Assembly: GCA_035341015.1 (NCBI GenBank)
Contig: DAOQUL010000005.1
Coordinates: forward strand, 10,812 to 74,811
DNA: 64,000 nt
Direction of reading: 5' to 3'
Source of the DNA: Anaerolineales bacterium
GTDB lineage: Bacteria > Chloroflexota > Anaerolineae > Anaerolineales > UBA4823
In this document: piece by piece, positions 34,946-43,802 of the stretch
How positions within the stretch are numbered: position 1 is the stretch's first letter
Layout: each line of letters begins with the position of its first letter
Made by a program: the position numbers and the translations under genes
Notes under the pieces: generated by a model
The model's input: the letters and a program-made list of their open reading frames with translations, nothing else
What the model was told of the DNA's origin: nothing
Database searches by the model: none

Positions 34946-36226
34946 CTAGTTGGAGTCCTCGTGCAGGGTCTCTAAGAAGCGCTGGTTATCTTCTGTGCGC
35001 GAGAGACGCTGCAAGATCGCCTCGGTGGCGGTGGATGGGTCCAGACCTGCACCATAGGGCGGAGAGGCGATCATCTGGTCATACATACGGCGCATGAGCC
35101 ACACACGCGGCGTGATGTCGGGGCCGAGCAAAAGCTCTTCGCGGCGGGTAGATGAACGCTCAATATCGATAGCCGGGAAGACGCGCCGTTCTTGAAGGCG
35201 GCGTGAGAGGTGAAGCTCCATATTGCCGGTGCCCTTGAACTCTTCGTATACAACATCATCCATGCGTGAGCCAGTATCCACCAGGCAGGTGGCGATGATG
35301 GTGAGCGAACCGCCCTCTTCAATGTTACGGGCAGCGCCGAAAAAGCGCTTGGGCGGGTAGAGTGCAGAGGGGTCAATACCGCCGGAGAGGGTGCGGCCAG
35401 AGGGGTTGACCACCAGGTTATAGGCACGTGCCAGGCGGGTGATCGAGTCCATCAGGATCACCACGTGGCGGCCGGTTTCGGTCAGGCGCTTGGCGCGCTC
35501 CAGGGCCATCTCGGCCACGCGAACGTGCGAGGTAACCGGCTCATCAAATGTAGAGGAGATCACTTCGGCGTCCACCGAGCGATCCATATCCGTCACTTCT
35601 TCAGGACGCTCGCCGATCAACGCTACCATCAGGTATACATCGGGATGGTTGGTGGAGATGGCGTTTGCAAGCTGTTTCAAGATGGTGGTCTTACCAGCCT
35701 TGGGGGGAGATACGATCAGGCCGCGCTGGCCGCGCCCGATGGGGGTGACCAGGTTAATGAGACGCGTCGCCAGGGTATGGCGGTCAGTCTCTAAGTTGAA
35801 GCGCATATCTGGGAAGATGGGGGTCAGTGTTTCGAAGGTGGGCCGGTACTTGGCCTCTTCAGGGTCGACACCGTTAATGGATTCAACTTTAAGCAAGCCG
35901 TAATGCTTTTCAGATTCGCGCGGCGGGCGCACGTGACCGATCACCAGGTCACCATCGCGCAGGCTGTAGCGGCGGATCTGCGATTGCGAGACATAAACGT
36001 CGTATGCGCCAGGCTGGTAATGGCCTGACCGCAAGAAGCCGATGCCATCGCTCATGATTTCGAGGATGCCGCCGCGCAATTCGATGCCTTCTTTCTCGGC
36101 CTCTGACTGCTGGATGCGCAGGATCAGGTCATCCTTTTTTAAACGGTTTGCGCCAGAAATGTCTAATTCCCTGGCCATCTGACGCAAGGTAGCCAAGGGG
36201 GCACTTTGTAGTTCAATAACTTTCAT
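34946..36226 (-). CDS. rho: Transcription termination factor Rho
   Basis: 426 aa. N-terminal [22 protein letters not shown], the RNA-binding CSD-like domain, Walker A PPKAGKTT and FDEP.... Confidence 0.97.
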   Translation of the reverse strand: MKVIELQSAPLATLRQMARELDISGANRLKKDDLILRIQQSEAEKEGIELRGGILEIMSDGIGFLRSGHYQPGAYDVYVSQSQIRRYSLRDGDLVIGHVRPPRESEKHYGLLKVESINGVDPEEAKYRPTFETLTPIFPDMRFNLETDRHTLATRLINLVTPIGRGQRGLIVSPPKAGKTTILKQLANAISTNHPDVYLMVALIGERPEEVTDMDRSVDAEVISSTFDEPVTSHVRVAEMALERAKRLTETGRHVVILMDSITRLARAYNLVVNPSGRTLSGGIDPSALYPPKRFFGAARNIEEGGSLTIIATCLVDTGSRMDDVVYEEFKGTGNMELHLSRRLQERRVFPAIDIERSSTRREELLLGPDITPRVWLMRRMYDQMIASPPYGAGLDPSTATEAILQRLSRTEDNQRFLETLHEDSN

Positions 36227-36376
36227 TGTTCAGTTGTCTCACAAATGTAATAGGGTATCAATAGGTTTGGATTGGGTTAAAAACGCCAACTCTCGCAGTT
36301 ACCCCGCGCAACGCAGCTAAGAATTGGGAATCATTTGGTAAAACGCACACCTGGGGGGGGAGTTTAATACTTCCGC

Positions 36377-36404
36377 ATTATAGCATGGATAAAGGGTGTG
36401 TCAA
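36377..36404 (-). promoter_or_regulatory. Near-consensus sigma-70 promoter for rho (TTGACA-N16-TATAAT)
   Basis: The minus strand reads TTGACA caccctttatccatgc TATAAT. This implies a ~140-nt leader that includes a C8 run (G8 on plus, 36352-36359). Confidence 0.6.
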
Positions 36405-36426
36405 GTGTTGGACACAGCCGGTTACT

Positions 36427-36472
36427 AAAAACGATGGTAGAGCGCTGTTGGGTGAGCGCTCTACCATCGTTT
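36427..36472 (-). terminator. Intrinsic terminator after the OsmC-family gene
   Basis: AAAACGATGGTAGAGCGCT-gttgggtg-AGCGCTCTACCATCGTTTT forms a 19-bp stem 4 nt past the stop, with a U-run on the minus strand. Confidence 0.85.
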
Positions 36473-36476
36473 TGGA

Positions 36477-36896
36477 TCATTCGATCTCGACGATCGTGTA
36501 ATGGTGGGTGATGGAGCTGGCTTTTGCCAGCATAGCCTGGGCTGGGCAGTATTTGTTCTCTGAAAGCTCAATGGCGCGTTCCACTGCTTCAGGATCGATG
36601 CTGCGGCCTGTGATGACGTACTCCAACTCGATTTGGGTGAAAACTTTGGGATGCTCAGATGCTCGCTCTGCATGCACCTTGACCTCAAAATCGGTCACAT
36701 CCTGGCGTTTTTTCTGCAGGATTGAGATCACATCCATGCCGGTGCAGCCAGCTAACCCTATGGCGATCAGCTCCATGGGGCGCGGGCCATCATTATCGCC
36801 GCCCACGGCAGGGTCAGTGCCCAAGCGGACACTGAAGCCAGAATCGGCCTCGCCGCTAAAACTCATCCGGCCTTTCCAGGTAACTTTTGCGTTCAA
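36477..36896 (-). CDS. OsmC/Ohr-family peroxiredoxin-like protein
   Basis: 139 aa. GPRPMELIAIGLAGCTGMDV and ENKYCPA supply the two conserved Cys. Confidence 0.88.
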   Translation of the reverse strand: MNAKVTWKGRMSFSGEADSGFSVRLGTDPAVGGDNDGPRPMELIAIGLAGCTGMDVISILQKKRQDVTDFEVKVHAERASEHPKVFTQIELEYVITGRSIDPEAVERAIELSENKYCPAQAMLAKASSITHHYTIVEIE

Positions 36897-36909
36897 CTGT
36901 ACCTCCCGT

Positions 36910-37578
36910 TCAATTCAAAATCTTTTGGATCTCAGCTAACAGGTGGTCTTCGGGCACTGCCCCCACCACATGATTGGCCCCGTCATTGATGGTGGTCTGC
37001 GGCACACCACTGACATTGTGCCGGTCTGCCAGGTCGGGGAATTCCATTGCCTCGACCATCTCGGCCTGCACCAGGGGGTTCTCAACAGCAAGCTGATGAG
37101 CGAGCACCACGGCTCGCGGGCAGTAGGGTCAGGTAGGGGTGACGAAAACTTGTAAGAGGACAGGCTTTTTTAGCTCTTTTAGGGCCTGGCGAGTTGCGGG
37201 GGCCAGCCCTGAGTCGCGGCCCGAAACCAGGATCAGCCCCTGGATGAGCGAGCTGAATTCATAGCCGGAGGGGATGCCGGCAAAACGAACGCCGTAATCG
37301 GTCACCTGGTCGCCCTCGCGCCCGGCAACTACGATGGTGGGGGCCATGCTGACATGGTACTGGCTGGCCAGGCTTTTGTTTTCGTCCAGGTCATACACTG
37401 TTAAATGAAGCTTATCTGAGAGCGCCGTAACCTCTCCGAGCAGTTTGTGGGTTTCGTCGCACATCTCGCAGTTATCTTTTGAGCCAAAAAACAAGATTTC
37501 TACCGGGTGTTTGAGCTGGTTTGAGAAAACGTCCTTTACCTGGCCTGCAACCTCGTCGTTGAGCAATGGATTGGTCAT
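36910..37578 (-). CDS. Two-thioredoxin-fold protein disulfide oxidoreductase (PDO/glutaredoxin-like) with an in-frame TGA at the first Cys of CPYC (Sec candidate or pseudogene)
   Basis: Track ORFs 37129..37578 and 36910..37110 are in the same frame. The joined reading is ...KDNCEMCDETHKLL...LLQVFVTPT-TGA-PYCPRAVVLAHQLAVEN...MVEAMEFPDLADRHNVSGVP. This parallels Pyrococcus PDO (...VFVTPTCPYCPLAV...MVEAIEYPEWADQYNVMAVP, from memory). AAAGGAG lies upstream of the ATG at 37578. Confidence 0.7.
37100..37117 (-). promoter_or_regulatory. SECIS-like hairpin candidate 11 nt downstream of the in-frame UGA
   Basis: The mRNA reads UGA-CCCUACUGCCC-GCGAGC-CGUGGU-GCUCGC: a 6-bp stem and a 6-nt loop containing GGU. 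Flanking CUG/CAG could extend the helix. Confidence 0.3.
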
Positions 37579-37638
37579 GAATACTCCTTTTTCTATTTGA
37601 ATTCAGTCTGTGGCCCACCCGGGGCTCCGATGTCCTTA

Positions 37639-37863
37639 TCAGGTGCAGCCGCCGCCGTCGCCAAAAACCTGTCCACAGGCCGGGCAGGATAAGTTCAGCA
37701 GGCCATCGTAATCCAGGCTGCCCTGGCGGCAGATCGGACAGGGGTCGCCTGCGCGCGGCAGGCTGACTGCCTGGGCTGCTGTGTCAATGATACGGGCCGG
37801 CAGGGCGGTAGTGAGTCGGGTCTGAGCAGGTGGGTGATGGTTGGTCACAAATATTAGATGCAA
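37639..37863 (-). CDS. Small zinc-ribbon protein (hypothetical)
   Basis: 74 aa. CPICRQGSLDYDGLLNLSCPACG has two CxxC pairs, and the C-terminus is GDGGGCT. It lies 60 nt upstream of the PDO gene. Confidence 0.4.
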   Translation of the reverse strand: MHLIFVTNHHPPAQTRLTTALPARIIDTAAQAVSLPRAGDPCPICRQGSLDYDGLLNLSCPACGQVFGDGGGCT

Positions 37864-37916
37864 AGCGGGCTCAAAAGTTGCAAAGAGTTATCCCTCGAAA
37901 TGATATAATAGCTTTC

Positions 37917-39590
37917 ATGAATATGCAAGAGTCAGGCAGATCAGGTTCTCCCAGGCTTTCATGGAAAAAGCTGTTTTTTTGGACCCTGTTGGCTGTATTG
38001 GCAGGCGTTTTTCTGTTCTATCCTTTTGTGGCCAGCCGTGCCAGCGCGCCGCAGCATGCAGGCGCGGCGCCAAACGCCCCCAATGATATGTTCTTGCCCA
38101 TTATCTTTAAGCTGCTTCCGGCTGAGCTGACACCAACCCCCACGCCTACTGCAACCTCTACCGATACGGCTACGCCCACGCTGACGGTCACGCCGACCCC
38201 CACGGGCACCTCAACCAATACTCAAACGCCCACGGTGACGCGCACTGGCACGCAGGCTACCCCAACCCGCACGCCGACCGTGACGGTTACGGGCACTTTG
38301 GTGTCAAACCCTGCGATGTCGGTGAAGGTTACCCCCACCGAAGCTAAGATCGGCGAACGGTTCACCTTTACAATTGTCGTAGAAAACAACGGCACTGGCC
38401 CGATCTACGGTGCCCTGGTGGCAGATTCCTTCCCCTCCTACATTGACGTAGAAACGGTGACCTCTGGACGCGGTGTGGTCAGCAAATCGGCGCACTCCTT
38501 AACGGTCAGCCTGGGTGACATTATTGGCGGTGATGAGGTTTCGATCACGGTGGTGGTCAAGGTCAATAGCGGTCTTACGAAGACAGAGACGCTGACCAAC
38601 CTGGTGACGCTGACCTATGATCAGAACAAGACGAAGACTGCCACGGTGAACTACAAGGTGGTTATCACGGGATTGCCCGGTACGGGTGAGTTGCCGTTGG
38701 ATTGGAAAGAGCGGGCGGCGGCCCAAGCGGCAGCCCAGGCCGAGCGTACGATGTTGGTCCAGGCCCTGCTGGCTGGTGTGTTAGGCTGCTTGTTGGTGCT
38801 GTACGGTTGGTGGGCGCGTAACCAGAAACAGCAAGGTGCCACATGGATCTTGGGTGTGGGCGTGCTGCTGCTGGTGGTGGGTGTGGTTTCGGGGATGGCT
38901 GCGGCGGGGGTCTTCCTTCCCAGCCCAGAAACCCCGCAGGCGTATGCCCCCGGCACGGCAACCGCCACGCAACTGACCCAGGCTGATGGCACTAACGTTC
39001 CGCCGATAGATCACCAGCCGGCCTACATTTATTCTACGCCTGAAGCAACCCCGATCGTAACGCTGCCTTCCTTCCCCATTCCCACGCCAGAGGTCTTGGT
39101 CACGCCCCAGGCGGGCGAACCCATGCCCGATACCAGCCCGGTCACGCGCATCATCATCCCGGCCCTGATGTTGGATACGGTGGTCAAGTATGTGCCATAT
39201 GATGGGCAGAGTTGGTTCATCGCTGGCTTGCGCCAGGAAGTGGCCTGGATGGGCGATACCTCTTGGCCGGGCCTGGGCAGCAACACAGGCCTGGCAGGGC
39301 ATGTCACCATCCGGGGTGGCGGCGATGGGCCGTTCCGCTACCTGGAGGAATTGCCTCCGGGCGAGTTTGTGATCCTCTATACCGAGCAGAATATGTACAC
39401 GTACCAGGTGCGCGATAAAGCGGTTGTGTCAGAGGATGACCTTTCTGTGGTTGCCGCGACCGATAAATCGCAGATCACACTCGTCACCTGCACCGAATGG
39501 GATGATGAGCGCGAAGTCTATCTATCGCGCCTGGTTGTCTTTGCTGAGCTGGTGCGCGTGGAAGAGATTGCCCGCAGCGGCAGTCGCTAA
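37917..39590 (+). CDS. Fusion of a DUF11-type surface domain carrying an LPGTG sorting signal with a C-terminal sortase domain
   Basis: Trimmed to the ATG at 37917. Signal/anchor helix, Thr/Pro linker and a DUF11-like repeat (FTFTIVVENNGTGPIYGALVADSFP). Then LPGTG, a hydrophobic helix and RNQK, then a second TM helix. The sortase domain has TGLAGH (His), ITLVTC (Cys) and SRLVV (Arg). Confidence 0.8.
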   Translation: MNMQESGRSGSPRLSWKKLFFWTLLAVLAGVFLFYPFVASRASAPQHAGAAPNAPNDMFLPIIFKLLPAELTPTPTPTATSTDTATPTLTVTPTPTGTSTNTQTPTVTRTGTQATPTRTPTVTVTGTLVSNPAMSVKVTPTEAKIGERFTFTIVVENNGTGPIYGALVADSFPSYIDVETVTSGRGVVSKSAHSLTVSLGDIIGGDEVSITVVVKVNSGLTKTETLTNLVTLTYDQNKTKTATVNYKVVITGLPGTGELPLDWKERAAAQAAAQAERTMLVQALLAGVLGCLLVLYGWWARNQKQQGATWILGVGVLLLVVGVVSGMAAAGVFLPSPETPQAYAPGTATATQLTQADGTNVPPIDHQPAYIYSTPEATPIVTLPSFPIPTPEVLVTPQAGEPMPDTSPVTRIIIPALMLDTVVKYVPYDGQSWFIAGLRQEVAWMGDTSWPGLGSNTGLAGHVTIRGGGDGPFRYLEELPPGEFVILYTEQNMYTYQVRDKAVVSEDDLSVVAATDKSQITLVTCTEWDDEREVYLSRLVVFAELVRVEEIARSGSR

Positions 39591-39612
39591 ATTACACCCT
39601 CTAAGTCAGAAT

Positions 39613-39644
39613 AAAAAAAACGGCGCCGCCAGCGCCGTTTTTTT
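39613..39644. terminator. Bidirectional terminator between convergent genes
   Basis: AAAAAAAACGGCGC-cgcca-GCGCCGTTTTTTT. It overlaps the TAA of the amidohydrolase gene. Confidence 0.85.
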
Positions 39645-41232
39645 ATGACTGGTAAACCCACTTGCCGGCTACCATCGTGGCAGAGGGGTGCAGCTTGTAA
39701 AGCTGATCTGGCGGGCAGGTGAAGGGGTCGACTGCTAAGAGCAGCAAATCGGCCCAAAAGCCAGATGCCAGGCGGCCGAGGCGGTCTTCCATGCCGGCTG
39801 CATATGCCGGGCCCGTGGTGAAACCGTGCAGGGCCTCTTCGATTGACAGGCACTGTTCGGCATGCCAGCCGGCTGGGGTGGGGTGCCCTTCTCGGCGCAT
39901 GCGGGTCACTGCGGCATGCAGGCCCCAAAACGGGTTGGGCGATTCTACGGGCGCATCTGAGCCAAAAGCCAGGTGTGCCTGGTGTTGGAGCTGGGTGCGC
40001 CAGGCATAAGCCAGGGCAGATCGCTGGCCCCAAAAGTGATCGGCGATGAACATATCGGATGTGGCGTGGATGGGCTGCATGGATGCAATGACACCCAGGC
40101 TGGCCAAGCGATGGGTATCTTGGGCGTGCAGCAGTTGGAGGTGCTCAACGCGGTGGCGCAATGGCGGCTGGCTGCCTGGAAGGCTGCGTTCAATCTCGCG
40201 CAGGCGCGCGTAGGCCTCAAGCACCTCGTGGTTGGCACGGTCACCGATGGCATGCACAGCCAGGCTGAGGCCATTTGCCACTGCTGGGCGGGTCAATTCG
40301 CACATCTCTTCAGCATCCATGAACAACATGCCGCGTTGATCGGTGCTGCCCTCGTATGGCGAGAGCATGGCGGCGGTCTGTGGGCCTAAAGCGCCATCTG
40401 CAAAACATTTGACTGAGCCAATGCGCAGCCAATCGTCGCCAAAGCCGCTGCGTAAGCCCAATGCAACCGCATGCGGCAGGTCTTCCAGCGGGATGCTCTT
40501 GACGGTGCGCAAACCAAGCTCGCCGTTGGCGTGCAGAAGCTGTAGGGCGCTGAAACAGCGCCTGCGGTCAAAATCGTGCACGCCTGTGATCCCCATCTGC
40601 CACAAGATTGGCTGGGCCAGGCGAATTGCCTGGCGCACTTCTTCGACCTGTGGATCGGGTATGGCACGTTGAACTTCGTTGGCGGCAGATTCAAACAAAA
40701 TCCCATCTGGGCTGCCATCTGCCAGGCGTCCGAAGCGCCCTCCGGCGGGGTCTGGCGTGCTGGCAGTGATATTGGCAATTTGGAGGGCGCGCGTGTTGGC
40801 CCAGGCCGCATGCAGAGACTTGGCGGTTAAAAAAACAGGATGGTGCGGGGCCACGGCGTCCAGGTCGGCTGCACTGCCAAAGCCCTCAGGCCACAGGTTT
40901 TGGTTCCAGCCGTGCCCCTGGATCCATGTGCCTTCGGGGGTGTTCTGGACGCGCTCAGCCACCCGCTGCAGGCATTCCTGGCGGGTGGGGGTTTCGCAGT
41001 CGATCTTTTGCAGGCTGAAGGCGTAATATTCCAGGTGCAGGTGGGCATCTGTCAGGCCGGGAATCACAGCCTGGCCCTGGACATCGATGGCATCTTGTTT
41101 GCCATAGGCGTCTATGAGTGCATCATCTGAGCCAACGGCTGCGATGCGGCCATCTTGGATTGCCAGGGCAGTTGCCTGCGGCTGGAGCGGATCCAGCGTA
41201 TGAATACGAGCATTGTACAGCAGCGTGGCTAT
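39643..41232 (-). CDS. Amidohydrolase-3 family metal-dependent hydrolase (YtcJ-like); start codon unresolved
   Basis: The track ORF starts at GTG 41067 (IPGLTDAHLH). The same frame stays open upstream and encodes the expected N-terminal beta-sandwich ([36 protein letters not shown]...), with no ATG/GTG/TTG. Candidate starts are ATA 41232 (GGAG 7 nt upstream) or CTG 41223/41220. Confidence 0.8.
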   Translation of the reverse strand: MATLLYNARIHTLDPLQPQATALAIQDGRIAAVGSDDALIDAYGKQDAIDVQGQAVIPGLTDAHLHLEYYAFSLQKIDCETPTRQECLQRVAERVQNTPEGTWIQGHGWNQNLWPEGFGSAADLDAVAPHHPVFLTAKSLHAAWANTRALQIANITASTPDPAGGRFGRLADGSPDGILFESAANEVQRAIPDPQVEEVRQAIRLAQPILWQMGITGVHDFDRRRCFSALQLLHANGELGLRTVKSIPLEDLPHAVALGLRSGFGDDWLRIGSVKCFADGALGPQTAAMLSPYEGSTDQRGMLFMDAEEMCELTRPAVANGLSLAVHAIGDRANHEVLEAYARLREIERSLPGSQPPLRHRVEHLQLLHAQDTHRLASLGVIASMQPIHATSDMFIADHFWGQRSALAYAWRTQLQHQAHLAFGSDAPVESPNPFWGLHAAVTRMRREGHPTPAGWHAEQCLSIEEALHGFTTGPAYAAGMEDRLGRLASGFWADLLLLAVDPFTCPPDQLYKLHPSATMVAGKWVYQS

Positions 41233-42122
41233 TTTTCTTCTCCGAGCAGGTGGGTTACGATTGCATCCAACTCTTCATTAGAGTAGTAATGAATAACCAC
41301 CGTGCCGCCTTTTTTACGCGGGTTAAGGGTAACGCGCGTGCCCAGGCGTTGGCGCAAGCGATCTTCCAGGGCGTTCACCTCGGGAGCAGGGGCAGGCTTG
41401 GGCAGGGGTTCGGGTTTTTGCCCGCTCAGCTTGCGCACCAACTCTTCGGTTTGGCGCACGTTGAGATCGTGCTTGAGGATGGTTTGCAGGGCAGCAGACT
41501 GGGCCTGTGCGCTGGAAAGAGAGAGCAGGGCGCGGGCGTGGCCTTCGCTGATCTGGTCTTGAGCCAGGGCTTGCTGAACAGCCGCTGGGAGTTTTAGCAG
41601 GCGCAGGGTGTTGGTGATCGTGACGCGCGACTTGCCCACGCGCGTGGCAATCTCATCATGCGAGAGCTTGAAATCTTCTGCCAGGTGGCGGTAAGCCTCG
41701 GCAGCTTCGAGCGGGCTGAGATCGGAACGCTGAACGTTCTCGATCAAGGCCAATTCCAGGCGCTGCTGTTCGGTTGCTTCGCGCAGGATGATGGGCACAT
41801 TGGCCAAGCCGGCCTGGCGGGCCGCCATAAGGCGTCGTTCGCCAGCGATCAGAATATATTGGTCCGGCTGAGGGGCGCGCGTCACGATCAACGGCTGGAT
41901 GATGCCATTTTGACGGATAGAAGCCGCCAGGTCAGCCAATTCGGCAGGATCAAAATGCGTGCGCGGCTGGCGCGGGTTGGGGATGATGCTGGTAACCGAA
42001 GCCAGCACAGCACCACTTGCCGTCGCAGGTTGGCTGGGGGGAGGGGGGAGGAATTCTCCACTAGGGATCAGGGCATCAAGCCCTTTACCAAGGCCAGATT
42101 TTTTTGTCATAGGGTTGCTCAA
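41229..42122 (-). CDS. parB: Chromosome partitioning protein ParB/Spo0J
   Basis: 297 aa. Contains [24 protein letters not shown] and the [26 protein letters not shown]. Confidence 0.96.
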   Translation of the reverse strand: MSNPMTKKSGLGKGLDALIPSGEFLPPPPSQPATASGAVLASVTSIIPNPRQPRTHFDPAELADLAASIRQNGIIQPLIVTRAPQPDQYILIAGERRLMAARQAGLANVPIILREATEQQRLELALIENVQRSDLSPLEAAEAYRHLAEDFKLSHDEIATRVGKSRVTITNTLRLLKLPAAVQQALAQDQISEGHARALLSLSSAQAQSAALQTILKHDLNVRQTEELVRKLSGQKPEPLPKPAPAPEVNALEDRLRQRLGTRVTLNPRKKGGTVVIHYYSNEELDAIVTHLLGEEK

Positions 42123-42922
42123 GCTGGGGTTTGGCTTTCAGGTAGCGGAATATGGATGCCGTCGCCCTGCAAGACCTCGCGCGCCAGGTCGGCATAGGCC
42201 TGGGCGCCGCTGGATGCAGGGGCAAAGACAGAAATTGGCTGTCCAAACGATGGCGCTTCGGCCAGGCGCACGGTGCGCGGGATGACCGTTTTGAAGATCT
42301 GCTCAGGGAAGTGGCGGTGGACTTCAGCCACCACATCGCTGCTGAGCTTGGTGCGTCCATCGAACATGGTCATCACCACCCCGCGCAGGCGCAGGTCGGG
42401 GAACAGTGCGGCGCGGATGCGGGCGATGGTTTGGGTTAGCTGTCCAATGCCTTCCAGGGCCAGGTATTCACACTGTACCGGGATGATGATCCCATCTTGT
42501 GCAGCAACAATCCCGTTAAGCGTCAGCAGGCCCAAAGAGGGCGGGCAATCGATGATGATGTAATCATAGCGTTCAACGATCGGCTTGAGCGCTTCTTTGA
42601 GGCGGTTTTCGCGCGCCAACTCAGAGACCAATTCGACCTCGGCCCCTGCCAGGGCAGGGGAGGATGGCATCAAAGAAAGCTTCAGGCGAGGGTTGTGCAG
42701 GATGGTGGGGAGGGCGGGGGTAGAACCAATGATGACGTCATACGTGCCGGTTTTGACCGTCTGCTTATCGACGCCCAGGCAAGAGGTGGCATTGGCTTGC
42801 GGATCAAGGTCAACCAGCAGGACGCGCTGGCCGTAGTATGCCAGGTAGGCACTCAGGTTAATGGCGGTGGTGGTTTTACCAACCCCACCTTTTTGGTTGG
42901 CAAGGGTATAAACGCGGCCCAT
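42119..42922 (-). CDS. parA: Chromosome partitioning ATPase ParA/Soj
   Basis: 267 aa. Deviant Walker [12 protein letters not shown], and [10 protein letters not shown]. Overlaps parB by 4 nt. Confidence 0.96.
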   Translation of the reverse strand: MGRVYTLANQKGGVGKTTTAINLSAYLAYYGQRVLLVDLDPQANATSCLGVDKQTVKTGTYDVIIGSTPALPTILHNPRLKLSLMPSSPALAGAEVELVSELARENRLKEALKPIVERYDYIIIDCPPSLGLLTLNGIVAAQDGIIIPVQCEYLALEGIGQLTQTIARIRAALFPDLRLRGVVMTMFDGRTKLSSDVVAEVHRHFPEQIFKTVIPRTVRLAEAPSFGQPISVFAPASSGAQAYADLAREVLQGDGIHIPLPESQTPA

Positions 42923-43771
42923 CTAGAGCACCTCCATCAGGCATTCTTGCACTTCGGCCGGGGTTGGAATGCCATCCAGTCCGGGACGGGTGACTGAGAT
43001 GGATGCAATCTGCGTGGCAAAGCGGGCGGCCTCCCAGGGGTCACGCGTGGTATACAGGCGGGTGAAAAAGGCAGCCGCAAAAATATCGCCGGCGCCGGTG
43101 GCATCGATTTCAGGCACGCTGGGGGCGCGGAAGCGGCGCACATCACCATTCCAGTACAGGCGGGCGCCGTTCAGGCCCTCAGTAACTGCCAGCACACGGC
43201 AAGATGCGGCCATTTCTTCAATGCGGTGTTCATCGCCCTCGACGTCATCCTGGCTGATTACCGCTGCCCCGGTTTGTTCCAAAGCAAAGGCCGCTTCGGG
43301 CCATTCGCTGGGGTAAACATGCCCCTGGGCATCCCAGGCGCGCAGCCAGCCTTGGGGCGTAAGCCCAACCAGGGCATTGGGGAAGCGGCGCACCAGGTCT
43401 GGCGCTACTTCTTGCGCCACGGGGCCCAGGTGAACGATGCCCGCCTGCCGCCAGGGTTCGGGGATCATATAATAATCCAGGTTGGGGGCCACCTCGTGGA
43501 TCACCTGGGCGCGCACGCCATTGTGGTAAATGTTTTCGAAGGTGGTGCTGTGATCGGCAGGGTAATTGGCGATCGGAATGTGCTGCAGCGGGCCAAGCGG
43601 CACCTCGCCGCCCCAGGCTGTCACAATGCCCACGCGCAGCCCCAAAGCCCTGGCTGTCAATGCAGAATAGGCCACAGTGCCGCCCAGGTGTGGCCCAGCA
43701 GGGCCGAGGTCGCGGCAAAGATGGCCGATCACCAGGTAATCGATCGCCTCTAGTGGGGCCAGGTTGAACAT
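42923..43771 (-). CDS. PfkB-family carbohydrate kinase
   Basis: 282 aa. Contains GGTVAYSA and the C-terminal DATGAGDIFAAAF signature. Confidence 0.8.
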   Translation of the reverse strand: MFNLAPLEAIDYLVIGHLCRDLGPAGPHLGGTVAYSALTARALGLRVGIVTAWGGEVPLGPLQHIPIANYPADHSTTFENIYHNGVRAQVIHEVAPNLDYYMIPEPWRQAGIVHLGPVAQEVAPDLVRRFPNALVGLTPQGWLRAWDAQGHVYPSEWPEAAFALEQTGAAVISQDDVEGDEHRIEEMAASCRVLAVTEGLNGARLYWNGDVRRFRAPSVPEIDATGAGDIFAAAFFTRLYTTRDPWEAARFATQIASISVTRPGLDGIPTPAEVQECLMEVL

Positions 43772-43802
43772 AAGTGAATTATACCTGACCTTTCAAGGGC
43801 GA

